A stretch of DNA of 64,000 bases from Candidatus Eiseniibacteriota bacterium (GTDB lineage Bacteria; Eisenbacteria; RBG-16-71-46; SZUA-252), in NCBI GenBank assembly GCA_005893305.1, contig VBOZ01000029.1:169072-233071 (forward strand), read 5' to 3'. The notes beneath the pieces were generated by a model. The model worked only from the letters and a program-made list of their open reading frames with translations, was not told where the DNA came from and ran no database searches. Of this stretch, positions 59,829-64,000 are shown in pieces (the stretch's first letter is position 1; every line of letters starts with the position of its first letter). A program made the translations under genes and the position numbers.

Positions 59829-61167
59829 GAGGCTGATCTGCCTTCTGGCGGTGACGCTGGCCGCGGAGCCGGCGCCGCCTCTCGTGGGCCGCGCCTTGGC
59901 TCAGTATCCCAGCCCCGTTCCGGCTCCTCCGCCCGAGGTCCCAAGCCCCGGCATCAGCCTGGCTCGACCGAGATTCTCCGCCGACGCGACGGTCCAGCCC
60001 GGCGAGACCGGTGAGCCCGAGGTCCGCATCGACTACCGCCTCGCGCGCAGCGAGCTCCTCTTCGAGCGCACTTCGTCCGGTTACCACGCTGCGTACGAGC
60101 TCCGGGCCATTTTCGTGAGCGAGAAGGGGAAGAGGGAGGTCGCGGGGGATGCCCACACCCGCGAGCTCCGGGTGGCGCGGTATACCGAGACCCAGGCGAT
60201 CGGAGACGACATCGCCGATCACATCCCATTCCGGGTGCCACCGGGCAAGTACCGGATCGAGGTCTACCTCACGGATCTGAACGCGGAGCGCACCTCCTCC
60301 ACGACGATTCCCCTCGAGGTGCCGGGGGTCGCCGCGGGACAGCTCTGGCTCACCGACCTCTACCTGGGTACCGTGGACTCCACGGGTAGCGCGGGGCAGC
60401 ATGCGGGTCTGATTCCGAATCCATCGCGCACCTTCGGAGACGAGCTTCCGCGCTTCGCGGCGGCAGGCGAGATCGTGGACAACCGGCCGGCCGGCGCCCC
60501 GGATTCCGCCTTTCAGCTGAGCTACAAGGTCCTGAACGAGCTTCAGGTCGCCGTGGCCCACGGCGACACTTCGATCGCGCGACGGGGCCCGCGCACTCCG
60601 TTTCTGATCCGCCCCGCCTTCGGCCCCTTGGAGGCGGCCTCGTATCGCGTCGTCGTCGAGCTCGTGAGCCCGCTCGTCACGATCAAGGGTCAGAAGAAGC
60701 CGAGCCCCATCCGCCGGGAGAAGGCGTTCACAGTCGTGCCCAGCTCGGCGAGCGCGGTGACCGATATCAAGACCTCCCTGGAGGTGGTGCGCTTGATCGC
60801 GACCGACGCGGAGTTGCGCGAGATGGACCGGCAGCGGACCCCGGAGGAGCGCCAGGCGTTCTGGGATGCCTTCTGGAAGAGCCGCGATCCGACCCCCGAG
60901 ACGCCCCGCAACGAGGCGCTGGAGGAGTTCTACAGGCGCGTGCGTTACGCGGATCAGCGCTTCGGCGTGGGGGGGCCAGGCTGGAAGACCGACATGGGCG
61001 CTACCTACATCCAGTACGGCCCGCCCGACGAGATCGTGCGGAACCCGTTCCGGTTCGACGGCCCGCCCGAGGAGATTTGGTACTACTATCAATCGCGGAG
61101 GGTCTTCACCTTCGTCGATCGGGACGGTTTTGGTCGCTATGAGCTTGACCGCGAACGCTCCCGATAG
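59800..61167 (+). CDS. GWxTD-domain protein (secreted)
   Basis: C-terminal GWKTDMGATYIQYGPPDEI...EIWYY matches the GWxTD signature. Signal peptide IKRLICLLAVTLAA. Start overlaps the upstream gene by about 29 nt. Confidence 0.7.
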   Translation: MHASSSSYIKRLICLLAVTLAAEPAPPLVGRALAQYPSPVPAPPPEVPSPGISLARPRFSADATVQPGETGEPEVRIDYRLARSELLFERTSSGYHAAYELRAIFVSEKGKREVAGDAHTRELRVARYTETQAIGDDIADHIPFRVPPGKYRIEVYLTDLNAERTSSTTIPLEVPGVAAGQLWLTDLYLGTVDSTGSAGQHAGLIPNPSRTFGDELPRFAAAGEIVDNRPAGAPDSAFQLSYKVLNELQVAVAHGDTSIARRGPRTPFLIRPAFGPLEAASYRVVVELVSPLVTIKGQKKPSPIRREKAFTVVPSSASAVTDIKTSLEVVRLIATDAELREMDRQRTPEERQAFWDAFWKSRDPTPETPRNEALEEFYRRVRYADQRFGVGGPGWKTDMGATYIQYGPPDEIVRNPFRFDGPPEEIWYYYQSRRVFTFVDRDGFGRYELDRERSR

Positions 61168-61633
61168 CGCCGGATCGGCACTCCAGAGCTGGGCCGAGTT
61201 CCTTGCCGCCCATCATCTTCGTGTCACCGAGCCGCGCCGGCTCATCGCCCAGGCGATCGCCCAGTCGCCGGGGCACTTCGACGCGGAGACGCTTCGGCTC
61301 CGGCTGAGGGGCCAGGGGCGGCGCCTCTCCCGCGCCACGATCTACCGGACTCTCGCCCTGCTCCAGAGCTGTGGGATCCTGAGAAGGGTGCAGCTCGTGG
61401 AGGGTACGCTCCACTACGAGCTCTCCCGTCCGAACGATCCGCACCATCATCTTGTCTGCCGGCGCTGCGGCTCCGTCCAGGAGGTCACCGACGCGTCGCT
61501 GACGCGAGCGGTCCGCGAAGCGGCTCGCAGGGCGGCCTTTGCGCCGGAGGAGTTTGTCCTACGCATTCGGGGCCTCTGCTCCCGATGCCGCGGATCGCGC
61601 GCCTCAGGGGGTCGACCTGAGCCATCAACATAA
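61139..61633 (+). CDS. Fur-family metalloregulator (Fur/Zur/PerR-type)
   Basis: Fur fold with DNA-binding helix RATIYRTL, metal-site His cluster HHHLVC, and two CxxC pairs (CRRCGSV ... CSRCRG). Confidence 0.8.
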   Translation: MSLTANAPDSAGSALQSWAEFLAAHHLRVTEPRRLIAQAIAQSPGHFDAETLRLRLRGQGRRLSRATIYRTLALLQSCGILRRVQLVEGTLHYELSRPNDPHHHLVCRRCGSVQEVTDASLTRAVREAARRAAFAPEEFVLRIRGLCSRCRGSRASGGRPEPST

Positions 61634-61651
61634 CCACTTACCACAACACAA

Positions 61652-61671
61652 GTTATCCCATTATAGATAAA
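61652..61671 (+). promoter_or_regulatory. Candidate Fur-family operator: AT-rich inverted repeat GTTATC-N8-GATAAA, immediately upstream of a putative -35
   Basis: The only AT-rich palindromic site in the Fur/porin intergenic region, and it resembles Fur/Zur box half-sites (GATAAT/ATTATC). Inferred, not confirmed. Confidence 0.35.
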
Positions 61672-61678
61672 TATTCGT

Positions 61679-61708
61679 TTGACACACCCTGGGGGCGGTG
61701 CCTATGGT
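61679..61708 (+). promoter_or_regulatory. Putative sigma70-type promoter (TTGACA-N18-TATGGT) for the downstream porin-like gene
   Basis: Perfect -35 hexamer with a plausible -10; implies a ~230-nt leader. Confidence 0.4.
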
Positions 61709-61938
61709 CCCCCGAAAATTTAGAGCGACGCTGGGGCGCTGCAGCGAAATAGTTTGAGCGACTTGGTCTTGTGCGACCCAACCCAAATACCTAACCGAAA
61801 GGGGGTGGCGGCTAGGTCCTAACGAGCAGCAACTGCTCTCTCGGATCTCCCTGGGACGATATCCAACTTCACTGTGTGATCGGCCCGGGCGGTAGACCCT
61901 GGATGGTCTAGGGTCCTAAAACAAGGAGGCGAACTCAG

Positions 61939-63258
61939 ATGTTTCAGCGCAAGCTGATTGTCGTTTTGGTCGTGGCCCTCGTCGCTTTGACGGCGGGAGT
62001 GAGTCAGGCGTCGCTGTCGCGCGTGGAAGGCATGGGGCTCGGAACGCCTCAGCTCAGCCAGTTCACGGACGACTACGCGAACATCTACTACTACCCGACA
62101 TCGGTCGTCCGGCAGAACAACCTGGTGCTCGCAGAGCTCGGCAACAACCCGGGCGGCTTCGTGGACGCGGTTTCGCACATTGACCAGAGCCTCACGCTCA
62201 TCAGGAATTTCCCGCGCTTCGGCTCCATCGCATTCCAGATGAAGCAGAACGCGCTCAACTCCGCGTTCCCGGGCAACCTCAATAATGAGATTTTCGACGT
62301 GATCTGGGGAACCGGCCTGGCGAAGATGGACATCGCCGTTCGCGTCGATGTGACGAATTCTTCGTTCAACCAGGACTTGAGCGGCGGCCCGACGCACAAC
62401 GAGGCTCACGGCGACGGCTTCCTGCCGGGTGACCCGTATCCGTTCGGCGCCTTATTCGTCAACGATATCATTGTGGGCACGGGCGTCGAGCTCAACACGT
62501 GGGGCGTGGGCCCTGCGATCGCCCTGCATCTGGCGAATGACAACCGCATCGAGGGTACGGTTGATTTCCGTCGCTACACGCTCGACCGCAAGACCTCCAC
62601 GGCAGGCGTGGCCGGCGAGTCGTGGAAGGACGGAGGAAACATGTCCTACGCGGTTGCTGCCCGTGGAATCCTCCATCAGGGCGACCGGGCGACGTGGTAC
62701 CCGGCATTCTGGTACATCAACGACGACCTGAGCTATGAGGTCAGGAACAACCCGGCCACCGTCGGCCCGCGCTCTGCCGACGAGACGTACAAGCAGCTTG
62801 GGGCCGGGATCTCTCACAACATGAGAGTGAACGACAACAACCTCCTGATCTTCGGCGCGTCCGTGTCGCAGTCGAAGGCGACGTACGACCGGACGGACAA
62901 CAACGACGGCGTCGCGAACGGCAACCTCAAGCACCGCGAGTTCAAGACGACGCTCGCGCCGCGCTTCTTCGCCTCGCTCGAGACCGACCTCACCCGCTGG
63001 CTCAAGGGGCGCCTCGGCGCGTCGAAGTCCATGCAGTCGGAGAACACCGAGACGTCCGACTTCAACACGGTCCCGGTGACCTCGAAGCTCAAGGAGCGGT
63101 TCTCGGACTTCGCGTTCAGCCTCGGCACGGGCATCAAGTTCAACAATTTCGACGTCGACATGACCCTGAACCAGTCCTTCCCGCTGTCGGGCGGCTGGGT
63201 TCTTTCGGGCGATCCGGCGACGCCGTTCACCCGCGTCTCGGGGACGTACCACTTCTAG
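61939..63258 (+). CDS. Outer-membrane beta-barrel protein (porin-like)
   Basis: Signal peptide MFQRKLIVVLVVALVALTAGVSQA, amphipathic beta-strand pattern and C-terminal aromatic residue (YHF). AAGGAGG ribosome-binding site. Lower GC and different codon choice (ttt, att, aat common) than its neighbours. Confidence 0.7.
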   Translation: MFQRKLIVVLVVALVALTAGVSQASLSRVEGMGLGTPQLSQFTDDYANIYYYPTSVVRQNNLVLAELGNNPGGFVDAVSHIDQSLTLIRNFPRFGSIAFQMKQNALNSAFPGNLNNEIFDVIWGTGLAKMDIAVRVDVTNSSFNQDLSGGPTHNEAHGDGFLPGDPYPFGALFVNDIIVGTGVELNTWGVGPAIALHLANDNRIEGTVDFRRYTLDRKTSTAGVAGESWKDGGNMSYAVAARGILHQGDRATWYPAFWYINDDLSYEVRNNPATVGPRSADETYKQLGAGISHNMRVNDNNLLIFGASVSQSKATYDRTDNNDGVANGNLKHREFKTTLAPRFFASLETDLTRWLKGRLGASKSMQSENTETSDFNTVPVTSKLKERFSDFAFSLGTGIKFNNFDVDMTLNQSFPLSGGWVLSGDPATPFTRVSGTYHF

Positions 63259-63305
63259 AAGAAAGTCTGAATCAAGGGCCCGGCGACGGGTCCAAAAAAG
63301 CCTGG

Positions 63306-63342
63306 GGCCGCTCGGCGTCATCGCCGGGCGGCCTTACTTTTT
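63306..63342 (+). terminator. Rho-independent terminator for the porin-like gene
   Basis: GGCCGCTCGGCG-TCAT-CGCCGGGCGGCC forms a 12-bp stem with one G·U pair, followed by TTACTTTTT. Confidence 0.7.
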
Positions 63343-63355
63343 GCAACGAAAGTAG

Positions 63356-63384
63356 TTGACACGGTACGGGCCGGTTTCTAAGTT
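63356..63384 (+). promoter_or_regulatory. Putative sigma70-type promoter (TTGACA-N17-TAAGTT) for the TonB-dependent receptor gene
   Basis: Consensus -35 with a reasonable -10 at 17-nt spacing; about 260-nt leader to the ATG. Confidence 0.45.
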
Positions 63385-63644
63385 GGGTGGGAAGCAAATG
63401 GATGGCGGCTCCAAGCCGGAACGTGGCCGCGCTGAGTCAGTGGGGAAGGAAGGCAAGGGGGTAACCAAAGAAAAACGCCGGAACGAGTGGAGAACAGCCG
63501 ATAGAGGGACCCAATGGCGTGCTGGAATGGACCGGGGTCATCGCGGAGCCGGTCTTGGGGACTCATGGGACAAGGGAGAACATCACTCAAGGAATGAGTG
63601 ACCCTCGGATGGCGCTTCCACAGGAGTGCAGGGGAGGGAGAGTC

Positions 63645-64000
63645 ATGACGCGACCTCGGATGCGTCGGAGGCTGGGCGTCGTCACGTTCATCGTGGCGTG
63701 CGCCTTTTTTGTTTTTGGGAAATCGTGGGCGGGAACGACGGGCACGATCAGCGGCACCGTCACGGACTCCAAGACCGGCGAGCCGATCGGGCTTGCCACG
63801 GTCACGATTCCGGAGCTCAAGCGCGGGGCGACGAGCGACGCCCAGGGCCATTACTACGTCACCAATCTGCCGGCAGGTAAGTACTCCGTACGGGTCGCGC
63901 TCCTCGGCTACGTCCCGCAAGCGCGGGAGGGGATCGAGGTATTCCCCGACTTCACGACGAAGCTCGACATACCCATGGAGCCCACGGTTCTCAAGGACGT
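63645..64000 (+). CDS. TonB-dependent receptor, N-terminal part (signal peptide + carboxypeptidase-regulatory-like domain); continues beyond the window end
   Basis: GGGGAGGGAG ribosome-binding site. N-terminus MTRPRMRRRLGVVTFIVACAFFVFG...GTISGTVTDSKTGEPIGLATVTIPELKRGATSDAQGHYYVTNLPAGKYSVRV is the CarbopepD_reg-like extension of SusC/TonB-dependent receptors. Confidence 0.75.
   Translation, partial: MTRPRMRRRLGVVTFIVACAFFVFGKSWAGTTGTISGTVTDSKTGEPIGLATVTIPELKRGATSDAQGHYYVTNLPAGKYSVRVALLGYVPQAREGIEVFPDFTTKLDIPMEPTVLKD

Noticed and set aside
63385-63644. Cobalamin riboswitch upstream of the TonB-dependent receptor
   Set aside because: No B12-box or other conserved cobalamin-riboswitch core could be found by eye. 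Left as an unclassified leader.

Overview
This is a high-GC (roughly 65-70%) bacterial chromosomal segment, densely coding on both strands, with no transposase, integrase or CRISPR array. Six complete proteins carry the same C-terminal FlgD-Ig-like / T9SS-type sorting domain (motif NPFNP...GRLVRTL...WDG.D..G...SG.YF.R), and the window also holds a GWxTD-domain protein and an LVIVD-repeat protein. The lineage is uncertain; these features suggest a Gemmatimonadota- or FCB-like organism, not Proteobacteria or Actinobacteria. 

Housekeeping content: carA-carB, acnA, tkt, gltX, tRNA-Glu(CUC)/tRNA-Gln(CUG), a DEAD-box helicase, an AlkA-like glycosylase, a cluster of M61, M3, M48 and M16 metallopeptidases, and a Ser/Thr kinase. 

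Accessory content is concentrated in the first ~15 kb. Three tandem FG-GAP/PKD surface-protein paralogs with near-identical 5' ends sit next to a tandemly duplicated, translationally coupled two-gene cassette of unknown function (A/B and A'/B'). That cassette is co-transcribed with a TPR protein and an initiating polyprenyl-phosphate sugar transferase. Immediately next to it is a complete stressosome module (RsbR/RsbS/RsbT plus a PP2C phosphatase) translationally coupled to an RsbU_N-domain histidine kinase and a LuxR-family response regulator. A conserved ~45-nt intergenic element occurs four times (possibly five), each time 50-150 nt upstream of these minus-strand genes, which suggests one regulon. 

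Other notable items: a giant C25 (gingipain-like) peptidase; a beta-propeller fused to a di-haem cytochrome c peroxidase; apparent frameshifts in gltX and msrB; two genes with no canonical start codon; and a lower-GC 3' end carrying a Fur-family regulator, a porin-like outer-membrane protein (predicted promoter and palindromic box upstream, strong terminator downstream) and a TonB-dependent receptor with a ~260-nt leader. My hand-counted coordinates may be off by 1-2 nt.
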